Shown: one piece after another, positions 45,301 through 60,302 of the stretch | Layout of the letters: each line of letters opens with the position of its first letter | How positions within the stretch are numbered: the first letter of the stretch is position 1 | Source of the DNA: Auanema rhodensis | Lineage: Eukaryota > Animalia > Nematoda | Direction: 5' to 3' | Assembly: GCA_964057225.1 (NCBI GenBank) | Contig: OZ059895.1 | Span: 23,932,001 to 23,996,000 of the forward strand | DNA: 64,000 nt | The notes under the pieces: generated by a model | What the model was told of the DNA's origin: nothing | What the model saw: only the letters and a program-made list of their open reading frames with translations | Databases searched by the model: none | Program-made: the position numbers and the translations under genes

Positions 45301-48300
45301 ACGTAACTCGCTTCACGTGAAAGATGAAGAGATGCGGTTTTCAAAATTAGATTCACCATGTCCATATTAGTCTAAAAACAAATTTTTATTGATATTGGTG
45401 CATGGTAACCATGACTTTGAAATTTACGTGAACTTTAATTTATGCTAATTAAATGTACACGTGATGTGCACTTGGTATGTAACTCGCTTCACGTGAAAGA
45501 TAAAGAGATGCGGTTTTCAAAATTAGATTCCCCATGTCCATATTAGTCTAAAAACAAACTTTTATTGATATTGGTTCATGGTAACCATGACTTTGAAATT
45601 TACGTGAACTTTAATTTATGCTAATTAAATGTACACGTGATGTGCACTTGGTATGTAACTCGCTTCACGTGAAAGATAAAGAGATGCGGTTTTCAAAATT
45701 AGATTCCCCATGTCCATATTAGTCTAAAAACAAATTTTTATTGATATTGGTTCATGGTAACCATGACTTTGAAATTTACGTGAACTTTAATTTATGCTAA
45801 TTAAATGTACACGTGATGTGCACTTGGTATGTAACTCGCTTCACGTAAAAGATAAAGAGATGCGGTTTTCAAAATTAGATTCCCCATGTCCATATTAGTC
45901 TAAAAACAAATTTTTATTGATATTGGTGCATGGTAACCATGACTTTGAATTTTACGTGAACTTTAATTTATGCTAATTAAATGTACACGTGATGTGCACT
46001 TGGTATGTAACTCGCTTCACGTGAAAGATAAAGAGATGCGGTTTTCAAAATCAGATTCCCCATGTCCATATTAGTCTAAAAACAAATTTTTATTGATATT
46101 GGTTCATGGTAACCATGACTTTGAAATTTACGTGAACTTTAATTTATGCTAATTAAATGTACACGTGATGTGCACTTGGTATGTAACTCGCTTCACGTAA
46201 AAGATAAAGAGATGCGGTTTTCAAAATTAGATTCCCCATGTCCATATTAGTCTAAAAACAAATTTTTATTGATATTGGTGCATGGTAACCATGACTTTGA
46301 AATTTACGTGAACTTTAATTTATGCTAATTAAATGTACACGTGATGTGCACTTGGTATGTAACTCGCTTCACGTGAAAGATAAAGAGATGCGGTTTTCAA
46401 AATTAGATTCCCCATGTCCATATTAGTCTAAAAACAAACTTTTATTGATATTGGTTCATGGTAACCATGACTTTGAAATTTACGTGAACTTTAATTTATG
46501 CTAATTAAATGTACACGTGATGTGCACTTGGTATGTAACTCGCTTCACGTGAAAGATAAAGAGATGCGGTTTTCAAAATTAGATTCCCCATGTCCATATT
46601 AGTCTAAAAACAAATTTTTATTGATATTGGTTCATGGTAACCATGACTTTGAAATTTACGTGAACTTTAATTTATGCTAATTAAATGTACACGTGATGTG
46701 CACTTGGTACGTAACTCGCTTCACGTGAAAGATGAAGAGATGCGGTTTTCAAAATTAGATTCCCCATGTCCATATTAGTCTAAAAACAAATTTTTATTGA
46801 TATTGCTTCATGGTAACTATGACTTTGAAATTTACGTGAACTTTAATTTATGCTAATTAAATGTACACGTGATGTGCACTTGGTATGTAACTCGCTTCAC
46901 GTAAAAGATAAAGAGATGCGGTTTTCAAAATTAGATTCCCCATGTCCATATTAGTCTAAAAACAAATGTTTATTGATATTGGTGCATGGTAACCATGACT
47001 TTGAATTTTACGTGAACTTTAATTTATGCTAATTAAATGTACACGTGATGTGCACTTGGTATGTAACTCGCTTCACGTAAAAGATAAAGAGATGCGGTTT
47101 TCAAAATTAGATTCCCCATGTCCATATTAGTCTAAAAACAAATTTTTATTGATATTGGTTCATGGTAACCATGACTTTGAAATTTACGTGAACTTTAATT
47201 TATGCTAATTAAATGTACACGTGATGTGCACTTGGTATGTAACTCGCTTCACGTAAAAGATAAAGAGATGCGGTTTTCAAAATTAGATTCCCCATGTCCA
47301 TATTAGTCTAAAAACAAATGTTTATTGATATTGGTGCATGGTAACCATGACTTTGAATTTTACGTGAACTTTAATTTATGCTAATTAAATGTACACGTGA
47401 TGTGCACTTGGTATGTAACTCGCTTCACGTAAAAGATAAAGAGATGCGGTTTTCAAAATTAGATTCCCCATGTCCATATTAGTCTAAAAACAAATTTTTA
47501 TTGATATTGGTGCATGGTAACTATGACTTTGAAATTTACGTGAACTTTAATTTATGCTAATTAAATGTACACGTGATGTGCACTTGGTATGTAACTTGCT
47601 TCACGTGAAAGATAAAGAGATGCGGTTTTCAAAATTAGATTCCCCATGTCCATATTAGTCTAAAAACAAATTTTTATTGATATTGGTTCATGGTAACCAT
47701 GACTTTGAAATTTACGTGAACTTTAATTTATGCTAATTAAATGTACACGTGATGTGCACTTGGTACGTAACTCGCTTCACGTGAAAGATGAAGAGATGCG
47801 GTTCTCAAAATTAGATTCCCCATGTCCATATTAGTCTAAAAACAAATTTTTATTGATATTGGTGCATGGTAACTATGACTTTGAAATTTACGTGAACTTT
47901 AATTTATGCTAATTAAATGTACACGTGATGTGCACTTGGTATGTAACTTGCTTCACGTGAAAGATAAAGAGATGCGGTTTTCAAAATTAGATTCCCCATG
48001 TCCATATTAGTCTAAAAACAAATTTTTATTGATATTGGTTCATGGTAACCATGACTTTGAAATTTACGTGAACTTTAATTTATGCTAATTAAATGTACAC
48101 GTGATGTGCACTTGGTACGTAACTCGCTTCACGTGAAAGATGAAGAGATGCGGTTTTCAAAATTAGATTCACCATGTCCATATTAGTCTAAAAACAAATT
48201 TTTATTGATATTGGTGCATGGTAACCATGACTTTGAAATTTACGTGAACTTTAATTTATGCTAATTAAATGTACACGTGATGTGCACTTGGTATGTAACT

Positions 48301-51300
48301 CGCTTCACGTGAAAGATAAAGAGATGCGGTTTTCAAAATTAGATTCCCCATGTCCATATTAGTCTAAAAACAAACTTTTATTGATATTGGTTCATGGTAA
48401 CCATGACTTTGAAATTTACGTGAACTTTAATTTATGCTAATTAAATGTACACGTGATGTGCACTTGGTATGTAACTCGCTTCACGTGAAAGATAAAGAGA
48501 TGCGGTTTTCAAAATTAGATTCCCCATGTCCATATTAGTCTAAAAACAAATTTTTATTGATATTGGTTCATGGTAACCATGACTTTGAAATTTACGTGAA
48601 CTTTAATTTATGCTAATTAAATGTACACGTGATGTGCACTTGGTATGTAACTCGCTTCACGTAAAAGATAAAGAGATGCGGTTTTCAAAATTAGATTCCC
48701 CATGTCCATATTAGTCTAAAAACAAATTTTTATTGATATTGGTGCATGGTAACCATGACTTTGAATTTTACGTGAACTTTAATTTATGCTAATTAAATGT
48801 ACACGTGATGTGCACTTGGTATGTAACTCGCTTCACGTGAAAGATAAAGAGATGCGGTTTTCAAAATCAGATTCCCCATGTCCATATTAGTCTAAAAACA
48901 AATTTTTATTGATATTGGTTCATGGTAACCATGACTTTGAATTTTACGTGAACTTTAATTTATGCTAATTAAATGTACACGTGATGTGCACTTGGTATGT
49001 AACTCGCTTCACGTGAAAGATAAAGAGATGCGGTTTTCAAAATTAGAATCCCCATGTCCATATTAGTCTAAAAACAAATTTTTATTGATATTGGTGCATG
49101 GTAACCATGACTTTGAAATTTACGTGAACTTTAATTTATGCTAATTAAATGTACACGTGATGTGCACTTGGTATGTAACTCGCTTCACGTGAAAGATAAA
49201 GAGATGCGGTTTTCAAAATTAGATTCCCCATGTCCATATTAGTCTAAAAACAAATTTTTATTGATATTGGTGCATGGTAACTATGACTTTGAAATTTACG
49301 TGAACTTTAATTTATGCTAATTAAATGTACACGTGATGTGCACTTGGTATGTAACTTGCTTCACGTGAAAGATAAAGAGATGCGGTTTTTAAAATTAGAT
49401 TCCCCATGTCCATATTAGTCTAAAAACAAATTTTTATTGATATTGGTTCATGGTAACCATGACTTTGAAATTTACGTGAACTTTAATTTATGCTAATTAA
49501 ATGTACACGTGATGTGCACTTGGTACGTAACTCGCTTCACGTGAAAGATGAAGAGATGCGGTTTTCAAAATTAGATTCCCCATGTCCATATTAGTCTAAA
49601 AACAAATTTTTATTGATATTGGTGCATGGTAACCATGACTTTGAAATTTACGTGAACTTTAATTTATGCTAATTAAATGTACACGTGATGTGCACTTGGT
49701 ATGTAACTCGCTTCACGTGAAAGATAAAGAGATGCGGTTTTCAAAATTAGATTCCCCATGTCCATATTAGTCTAAAAACAAACTTTTATTGATATTGGTT
49801 CATGGTAACCATGACTTTGAAATTTACGTGAACTTTAATTTATGCTAATTAAATGTACACGTGATGTGCACTTGGTATGTAACTCGCTTCACGTGAAAGA
49901 TAAAGAGATGCGGTTTTCAAAATTAGATTCCCCATGTCCATATTAGTCTAAAAACAAATTTTTATTGATATTGGTTCATGGTAACCATGACTTTGAAATT
50001 TACGTGAACTTTAATTTATGCTAATTAAATGTACACGTGATGTGCACTTGGTATGTAACTCGCTTCACGTAAAAGATAAAGAGATGCGGTTTTCAAAATT
50101 AGATTCCCCATGTCCATATTAGTCTAAAAACAAATTTTTATTGATATTGGTGCATGGTAACCATGACTTTGAATTTTACGTGAACTTTAATTTATGCTAA
50201 TTAAATGTACACGTGATGTGCACTTGGTATGTAACTCGCTTCACGTGAAAGATAAAGAGATGCGGTTTTCAAAATCAGATTCCCCATGTCCATATTAGTC
50301 TAAAAACAAATTTTTATTGATATTGGTTCATGGTAACCATGACTTTGAAATTTACGTGAACTTTAATTTATGCTAATTAAATGTACACGTGATGTGCACT
50401 TGGTATGTAACTCGCTTCACGTAAAAGATAAAGAGATGCGGTTTTCAAAATTAGATTCCCCATGTCCATATTAGTCTAAAAACAAATTTTTATTGATATT
50501 GGTGCATGGTAACCATGACTTTGAAATTTACGTGAACTTTAATTTATGCTAATTAAATGTACACGTGATGTGCACTTGGTATGTAACTCGCTTCACGTGA
50601 AAGATAAAGAGATGCGGTTTTCAAAATTAGATTCCCCATGTCCATATTAGTCTAAAAACAAACTTTTATTGATATTGGTTCATGGTAACCATGACTTTGA
50701 AATTTACGTGAACTTTAATTTATGCTAATTAAATGTACACGTGATGTGCACTTGGTATGTAACTCGCTTCACGTGAAAGATAAAGAGATGCGGTTTTCAA
50801 AATTAGATTCCCCATGTCCATATTAGTCTAAAAACAAATTTTTATTGATATTGGTTCATGGTAACCATGACTTTGAAATTTACGTGAACTTTAATTTATG
50901 CTAATTAAATGTACACGTGATGTGCACTTGGTATGTAACTCGCTTCACGTAAAAGATAAAGAGATGCGGTTTTCAAAATTAGATTCCCCATGTCCATATT
51001 AGTCTAAAAACAAATTTTTATTGATATTGGTGCATGGTAACCATGACTTTGAATTTTACGTGAACTTTAATTTATGCTAATTAAATGTACACGTGATGTG
51101 CACTTGGTATGTAACTCGCTTCACGTGAAAGATAAAGAGATGCGGTTTTCAAAATCAGATTCCCCATGTCCATATTAGTCTAAAAACAAATTTTTATTGA
51201 TATTGGTTCATGGTAACCATGACTTTGAAATTTACGTGAACTTTAATTTATGCTAATTAAATGTACACGTGATGTGCACTTGGTATGTAACTCGCTTCAC

Positions 51301-52938
51301 GTAAAAGATAAAGAGATGCGGTTTTCAAAATTAGATTCCCCATGTCCATATTAGTCTAAAAACAAATTTTTATTGATATTGGTGCATGGTAACCATGACT
51401 TTGAAATTTACGTGAACTTTAATTTATGCTAATTAAATGTACACGTGATGTGCACTTGGTATGTAACTCGCTTCACGTGAAAGATAAAGAGATGCGGTTT
51501 TCAAAATTAGATTCCCCATGTCCATATTAGTCTAAAAACAAACTTTTATTGATATTGGTTCATGGTAACCATGACTTTGAAATTTACGTGAACTTTAATT
51601 TATGCTAATTAAATGTACACGTGATGTGCACTTGGTATGTAACTCGCTTCACGTGAAAGATAAAGAGATGCGGTTTTCAAAATTAGATTCCCCATGTCCA
51701 TATTAGTCTAAAAACAAATTTTTATTGATATTGGTTCATGGTAACCATGACTTTGAAATTTACGTGAACTTTAATTTATGCTAATTAAATGTAAACGTGA
51801 TGTGCACTTGGTATGTAACTCGCTTCACGTAAAAGATAAAGAGATGCGGTTTTCAAAATTAGATTCCCCATGTCCATATTAGTCTAAAAACAAATTTTTA
51901 TTGATATTGGTGCATGGTAACCATGACTTTGAATTTTACGTGAACTTTAATTTATGCTAATTAAATGTACACGTGATGTGCACTTGGTATGTAACTCGCT
52001 TCACGTGAAAGATAAAGAGATGCGGTTTTCAAAATCAGATTCCCCATGTCCATATTAGTCTAAAAACAAATTTTTATTGATATTGGTGCATGGTAACCAT
52101 GACTTTGAATTTTACGTGAACTTTAATTTATGCTAATTAAATGTACACGTGATGTGCACTTGGTATGTAACTCGCTTCACGTGAAAGATAAAGAGATGCG
52201 GTTTTCAAAATCAGATTCCCCATGTCCATATTAGTCTAAAAACAAATTTTTATTGATATTGGTTCATGGTAACCATGACTTTGAAATTTACGTGAACTTT
52301 AATTTATGCTAATTAAATGTACACGTGATGTGCACTTGGTATGTAACTCGCTTCACGTAAAAGATAAAGAGATGCGGTTTTCAAAATTAGATTCCCCATG
52401 TCCATATTAGTCTAAAAACAAATTTTTATTGATATTGGTGCATGGTAACCATGACTTTGAATTTTACTTGAACTTTAATTTATGCTAATTAAATGTACAC
52501 GTGATGTGCACTTGGTATGTAACTCGCTTCACGTAAAAGATAAAGAGATGCGGTTTTCAAAATTAGATTCCCCATGTCCATATTAGTCTAAAAACAAATT
52601 TTTATTGATATTGGTGCATGGTAACCATGACTTTGAAATTTACGTGAACTTTAATTTATGCTAATTAAATGTACACGTGATGTGCACTTGGTATGTAACT
52701 CGCTTCACGTAAAAGATAAAGAGATGCGGTTTTCAAAATTAGATTCCCCATGTCCATATTAGTCTAAAAACAAATTTTTATTGATATTGGTGCATGGTAA
52801 CCATGACTTTGAATTTTACGTGAACTTTAATTTATGCTAATTAAATGTACACGTGATGTGCACTTGGTATGTAACTCGCTTCACGTAAAAGATAAAGAGA
52901 TGCGGTTTTCAAAATTAGATTCCCCATGTCCATATTAG

Positions 52939-53063
52939 TCTTACGTGAACTTTAATTTATGCTAATTAAATGTACACGTGATGTGCACTTGGTATGTAAC
53001 TCGCTTCACGTGAAAGATAAAGAGATGCGGTTTTCAAAATTAGATTCCCCATGTCCATATTAG
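52939..53063 (+). repeat. 125-bp monomer variant (51-bp deletion of positions 4-54), copy 1 of 4
   Basis: Junction ATTAGTCT-TACGTGAAC. The next monomer starts at 53064. Confidence 0.95.
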
Positions 53064-55527
53064 TCTAAAAACAAATTTTTATTGATATTGGTGCATGGTA
53101 ACCATGACTTTGAATTTTACGTGAACTTTAATTTATGCTAATTAAATGTACACGTGATGTGCACTTGGTATGTAACTCGCTTCACGTGAAAGATAAAGAG
53201 ATGCGGTTTTCAAAATTAGATTCCCCATGTCCATATTAGTCTAAAAACAAATTTTTATTGATATTGCTTCATGGTAACCATGACTTTGAAATTTACGTGA
53301 ACTTTAATTTATGCTAATTAAATGTACACGTGATGTGCACTTGGTATGTAACTCGCTTCACGTGAAAGATAAAGAGATGCGGTTTTCAAAATTAGATTCC
53401 CCATGTCCATATTAGTCTAAAAACAAATTTTTATTGATATTGGTTCATGGTAACCATGACTTTGAAATTTACGTGAACTTTAATTTATGCTAATTAAATG
53501 TACACGTGATGTGCACTTGGTATGTAACTCGCTTCACGTAAAAGATAAAGAGATGCGGTTTTCAAAATTAGATTCCCCATGTCCATATTAGTCTAAAAAC
53601 AAATTTTTATTGATATTGGTGCATGGTAACCATGACTTTGAATTTTACGTGAACTTTAATTTATGCTAATTAAATGTACACGTGATGTGCACTTGGTATG
53701 TAACTCGCTTCACGTGAAAGATAAAGAGATGCGGTTTTCAAAATCAGATTCCCCATGTCCATATTAGTCTAAAAACAAATTTTTATTGATATTGGTTCAT
53801 GGTAACCATGACTTTGAAATTTACGTGAACTTTAATTTATGCTAATTAAATGTACACGTGATGTGCACTTGGTATGTAACTCGCTTCACGTAAAAGATAA
53901 AGAGATGCGGTTTTCAAAATTAGATTCCCCATGTCCATATTAGTCTAAAAACAAATTTTTATTGATATTGGTGCATGGTAACCATGACTTTGAAATTTAC
54001 GTGAACTTTAATTTATGCTAATTAAATGTACACGTGATGTGCACTTGGTATGTAACTCGCTTCACGTGAAAGATAAAGAGATGCGGTTTTCAAAATTAGA
54101 TTCCCCATGTCCATATTAGTCTAAAAACAAACTTTTATTGATATTGGTTCATGGTAACCATGACTTTGAAATTTACGTGAACTTTAATTTATGCTAATTA
54201 AATGTACACGTGATGTGCACTTGGTATGTAACTCGCTTCACGTGAAAGATAAAGAGATGCGGTTTTCAAAATTAGATTCCCCATGTCCATATTAGTCTAA
54301 AAACAAATTTTTATTGATATTGGTTCATGGTAACCATGACTTTGAAATTTACGTGAACTTTAATTTATGCTAATTAAATGTAAACGTGATGTGCACTTGG
54401 TATGTAACTCGCTTCACGTAAAAGATAAAGAGATGCGGTTTTCAAAATTAGATTCCCCATGTCCATATTAGTCTAAAAACAAATTTTTATTGATATTGGT
54501 GCATGGTAACCATGACTTTGAATTTTACGTGAACTTTAATTTATGCTAATTAAATGTACACGTGATGTGCACTTGGTATGTAACTCGCTTCACGTGAAAG
54601 ATAAAGAGATGCGGTTTTCAAAATCAGATTCCCCATGTCCATATTAGTCTAAAAACAAATTTTTATTGATATTGGTGCATGGTAACCATGACTTTGAATT
54701 TTACGTGAACTTTAATTTATGCTAATTAAATGTACACGTGATGTGCACTTGGTATGTAACTCGCTTCACGTGAAAGATAAAGAGATGCGGTTTTCAAAAT
54801 CAGATTCCCCATGTCCATATTAGTCTAAAAACAAATTTTTATTGATATTGGTTCATGGTAACCATGACTTTGAAATTTACGTGAACTTTAATTTATGCTA
54901 ATTAAATGTACACGTGATGTGCACTTGGTATGTAACTCGCTTCACGTAAAAGATAAAGAGATGCGGTTTTCAAAATTAGATTCCCCATGTCCATATTAGT
55001 CTAAAAACAAATTTTTATTGATATTGGTGCATGGTAACCATGACTTTGAATTTTACTTGAACTTTAATTTATGCTAATTAAATGTACACGTGATGTGCAC
55101 TTGGTATGTAACTCGCTTCACGTAAAAGATAAAGAGATGCGGTTTTCAAAATTAGATTCCCCATGTCCATATTAGTCTAAAAACAAATTTTTATTGATAT
55201 TGGTGCATGGTAACCATGACTTTGAAATTTACGTGAACTTTAATTTATGCTAATTAAATGTACACGTGATGTGCACTTGGTATGTAACTCGCTTCACGTA
55301 AAAGATAAAGAGATGCGGTTTTCAAAATTAGATTCCCCATGTCCATATTAGTCTAAAAACAAATTTTTATTGATATTGGTGCATGGTAACCATGACTTTG
55401 AATTTTACGTGAACTTTAATTTATGCTAATTAAATGTACACGTGATGTGCACTTGGTATGTAACTCGCTTCACGTAAAAGATAAAGAGATGCGGTTTTCA
55501 AAATTAGATTCCCCATGTCCATATTAG

Positions 55528-55652
55528 TCTTACGTGAACTTTAATTTATGCTAATTAAATGTACACGTGATGTGCACTTGGTATGTAACTCGCTTCACGT
55601 GAAAGATAAAGAGATGCGGTTTTCAAAATTAGATTCCCCATGTCCATATTAG
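55528..55652 (+). repeat. 125-bp monomer variant, copy 2 of 4
   Basis: Identical junction, 2589 bp after copy 1. Confidence 0.95.
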
Positions 55653-57588
55653 TCTAAAAACAAATTTTTATTGATATTGGTGCATGGTAACCATGACTTT
55701 GAATTTTACGTGAACTTTAATTTATGCTAATTAAATGTACACGTGATGTGCACTTGGTATGTAACTCGCTTCACGTGAAAGATAAAGAGATGCGGTTTTC
55801 AAAATTAGATTCCCCATGTCCATATTAGTCTAAAAACAAATTTTTATTGATATTGCTTCATGGTAACCATGACTTTGAAATTTACGTGAACTTTAATTTA
55901 TGCTAATTAAATGTACACGTGATGTGCACTTGGTATGTAACTCGCTTCACGTGAAAGATAAAGAGATGCGGTTTTCAAAATTAGATTCCCCATGTCCATA
56001 TTAGTCTAAAAACAAATTTTTATTGATATTGCTTCATGGTAACCATGACTTTGAAATTTACGTGAACTTTAATTTATGCTAATTAAATGTACACGTGATG
56101 TGCACTTGGTATGTAACTCGCTTCACGTGAAAGATAAAGAGATGCGGTTTTCAAAATTAGATTCCCCATGTCCATATTAGTCTAAAAACAAATTTTTATT
56201 GATATTGCTTCATGGTAACCATGACTTTGAAATTTACGTGAACTTTAATTTATGCTAATTAAATGTACACGTGATGTGCACTTGGTATGTAACTCGCTTC
56301 ACGTGAAAGATAAAGAAATGCGGTTTTCAAAATTAGATTCCCCATGTCCATATTAGTCTAAAAACAAATTTTTATTGATATTGGTGCATGGTAACCATGA
56401 CTTTGAATTTTACGTGAACTTTAATTTATGCTAATTAAATGTACACGTGATGTGCACTTGGTATGTAACTCGCTTCACGTAAAAGATAAAGAGATGCGGT
56501 TTTCAAAATTAGATTCCCCATGTCCATATTAGTCTAAAAACAAATTTTTATTGATATTGGTGCATGGTAACCATGACTTTGAATTTTACGTGAACTTTAA
56601 TTTATGCTAATTAAATGTACACGTGATGTGCACTTGGTATGTAACTCGCTTCACGTGAAAGATAAAGAGATGCGGTTTTCAAAATCAGATTCCCCATGTC
56701 CATATTAGTCTAAAAACAAATTTTTATTGATATTGGTGCATGGTAACCATGACTTTGAATTTTACGTGAACTTTAATTTATGCTAATTAAATGTACACGT
56801 GATGTGCACTTGGTATGTAACTCGCTTCACGTGAAAGATAAAGAGATGCGGTTTTCAAAATCAGATTCCCCATGTCCATATTAGTCTAAAAACAAATTTT
56901 TATTGATATTGGTTCATGGTAACCATGACTTTGAAATTTACGTGAACTTTAATTTATGCTAATTAAATGTACACGTGATGTGCACTTGGTATGTAACTCG
57001 CTTCACGTAAAAGATAAAGAGATGCGGTTTTCAAAATTAGATTCCCCATGTCCATATTAGTCTAAAAACAAATTTTTATTGATATTGGTGCATGGTAACC
57101 ATGACTTTGAATTTTACTTGAACTTTAATTTATGCTAATTAAATGTACACGTGATGTGCACTTGGTATGTAACTCGCTTCACGTAAAAGATAAAGAGATG
57201 CGGTTTTCAAAATTAGATTCCCCATGTCCATATTAGTCTAAAAACAAATTTTTATTGATATTGGTGCATGGTAACCATGACTTTGAAATTTACGTGAACT
57301 TTAATTTATGCTAATTAAATGTACACGTGATGTGCACTTGGTATGTAACTCGCTTCACGTAAAAGATAAAGAGATGCGGTTTTCAAAATTAGATTCCCCA
57401 TGTCCATATTAGTCTAAAAACAAATTTTTATTGATATTGGTGCATGGTAACCATGACTTTGAATTTTACGTGAACTTTAATTTATGCTAATTAAATGTAC
57501 ACGTGATGTGCACTTGGTATGTAACTCGCTTCACGTAAAAGATAAAGAGATGCGGTTTTCAAAATTAGATTCCCCATGTCCATATTAG

Positions 57589-57713
57589 TCTTACGTGAAC
57601 TTTAATTTATGCTAATTAAATGTACACGTGATGTGCACTTGGAATGTAACTCGCTTCACGTAAAAGATAAAGAGATGCGGTTTTCAAAATTAGATTCCCC
57701 ATGTCCATATTAG
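57589..57713 (+). repeat. 125-bp monomer variant, copy 3 of 4
   Basis: Identical junction, 2061 bp after copy 2. Confidence 0.95.
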
Positions 57714-60177
57714 TCTAAAAACAAATTTTTATTGATATTGGTGCATGGTAACCATGACTTTGAATTTTACGTGAACTTTAATTTATGCTAATTAAATGTA
57801 CACGTGATGTGCACTTGGTATGTAACTCGCTTCACGTGAAAGATAAAGAGATGCGGTTTTCAAAATTAGATTCCCCATGTCCATATTAGTCTAAAAACAA
57901 ATTTTTATTGATATTGCTTCATGGTAACCATGACTTTGAAATTTACGTGAACTTTAATTTATGCTAATTAAATGTACACGTGATGTGCACTTGGTATGTA
58001 ACTCGCTTCACGTGAAAGATAAAGAGATGCGGTTTTCAAAATTAGATTCCCCATGTCCATATTAGTCTAAAAACAAATTTTTATTGATATTGGTGCATGG
58101 TAACCATGACTTTGAATTTTACGTGAACTTTAATTTATGCTAATTAAATGTACACGTGATGTGCACTTGGTATGTAACTCGCTTCACGTGAAAGATAAAG
58201 AGATGCGGTTTTCAAAATTAGATTCCCCATGTCCATATTAGTCTAAAAACAAATTTTTATTGATATTGCTTCATGGTAACCATGACTTTGAAATTTACGT
58301 GAACTTTAATTTATGCTAATTAAATGTACACGTGATGTGCACTTGGTATGTAACTCGCTTCACGTGAAAGATAAAGAAATGCGGTTTTCAAAATTAGATT
58401 CCCCATGTCCATATTAGTCTAAAAACAAATTTTTATTGATATTGGTTCATGGTAACCATGACTTTGAAATTTACGTGAACTTTAATTTATGCTAATTAAA
58501 TGTACACGTGATGTGCACTTGGTATGTAACTCGCTTCACGTAAAAGATAAAGAGATGCGGTTTTCAAAATTAGATTCCCCATGTCCATATTAGTCTAAAA
58601 ACAAATTTTTATTGATATTGGTGCATGGTAACCATGACTTTGAATTTTACGTGAACTTTAATTTATGCTAATTAAATGTACACGTGATGTGCACTTGGTA
58701 TGTAACTCGCTTCACGTGAAAGATAAAGAGATGCGGTTTTCAAAATTAGATTCCCCATGTCCATATTAGTCTAAAAACAAATTTTTATTGATATTGGTGC
58801 ATGGTAACTATGACTTTGAAATTTACGTGAACTTTAATTTATGCTAATTAAATGTACACGTGATGTGCACTTGGTATGTAACTTGCTTCACGTGAAAGAT
58901 AAAGAGATGCGGTTTTCAAAATTAGATTCCCCATGTCCATATTAGTCTAAAAACAAATTTTTATTGATATTGGTTCATGGTAACCATGACTTTGAAATTT
59001 ACGTGAACTTTAATTTATGCTAATTAAATGTACACGTGATGTGCACTTGGTACGTAACTCGCTTCACGTGAAAGATGAAGAGATGCGGTTTTCAAAATTA
59101 GATTCCCCATGTCCATATTAGTCTAAAAACAAATTTTTATTGATATTGGTGCATGGTAACCATGACTTTGAAATTTACGTGAACTTTAATTTATGCTAAT
59201 TAAATGTACACGTGATGTGCACTTGGTATGTAACTCGCTTCACGTGAAAGATAAAGAGATGCGGTTTTCAAAATTAGATTCCCCATGTCCATATTAGTCT
59301 AAAAACAAACTTTTATTGATATTGGTTCATGGTAACCATGACTTTGAAATTTACGTGAACTTTAATTTATGCTAATTAAATGTACACGTGATGTGCACTT
59401 GGTATGTAACTCGCTTCACGTGAAAGATGAAGAGATGCGGTTTTCACAATTAGATTCCCCATGTCCATATTAGTCTAAAAACAAATTTTTATTGATATTG
59501 GTTCATGGTAACCATGACTTTGAAATTTACGTGAACTTTAATTTATGCTAATTAAATGTACACGTGATGTGCACTTGGTATGTAACTCGCTTCACGTAAA
59601 AGATAAAGAGATGCGGTTTTCAAAATCAGATTCCCCATGTCCATATTAGTCTAAAAACAAATTTTTATTGATATTGGTGCATGGTAACCATGACTTTGAA
59701 TTTTACGTGAACTTTAATTTATGCTAATTAAATGTACACGTGATGTGCACTTGGTATGTAACTCGCTTCACGTGAAAGATGAAGAGATGCGGTTTTCACA
59801 ATTAGATTCCCCATGTCCATATTAGTCTAAAAACAAATTTTTATTGATATTGGTTCATGGTAACCATGACTTTGAAATTTACGTGAACTTTAATTTATGC
59901 TAATTAAATGTACACGTGATGTGCACTTGGTATGTAACTCGCTTCACGTGAAAGATGAAGAGATGCGGTTTTCACAATTAGATTCCCCATGTCCATATTA
60001 GTCTAAAAACAAATTTTTATTGATATTGGTGCATGGTAACCATGACTTTGAATTTTACGTGAACTTTAATTTATGCTAATTAAATGTACACGTGATGTGC
60101 ACTTGGTATGTAACTCGCTTCACGTAAAAGATAAAGAGATGCGGTTTTCAAAATTAGATTCCCCATGTCCATATTAG

Positions 60178-60302
60178 TCTTACGTGAACTTTAATTTATG
60201 CTAATTAAATGTACACGTGATGTGCACTTGGTATGTAACTCGCTTCACGTGAAAGATAAAGAGATGCGGTTTTCAAAATTAGATTCCCCATGTCCATATT
60301 AG
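60178..60302 (+). repeat. 125-bp monomer variant, copy 4 of 4
   Basis: Identical junction, 2589 bp after copy 3. Confidence 0.95.
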
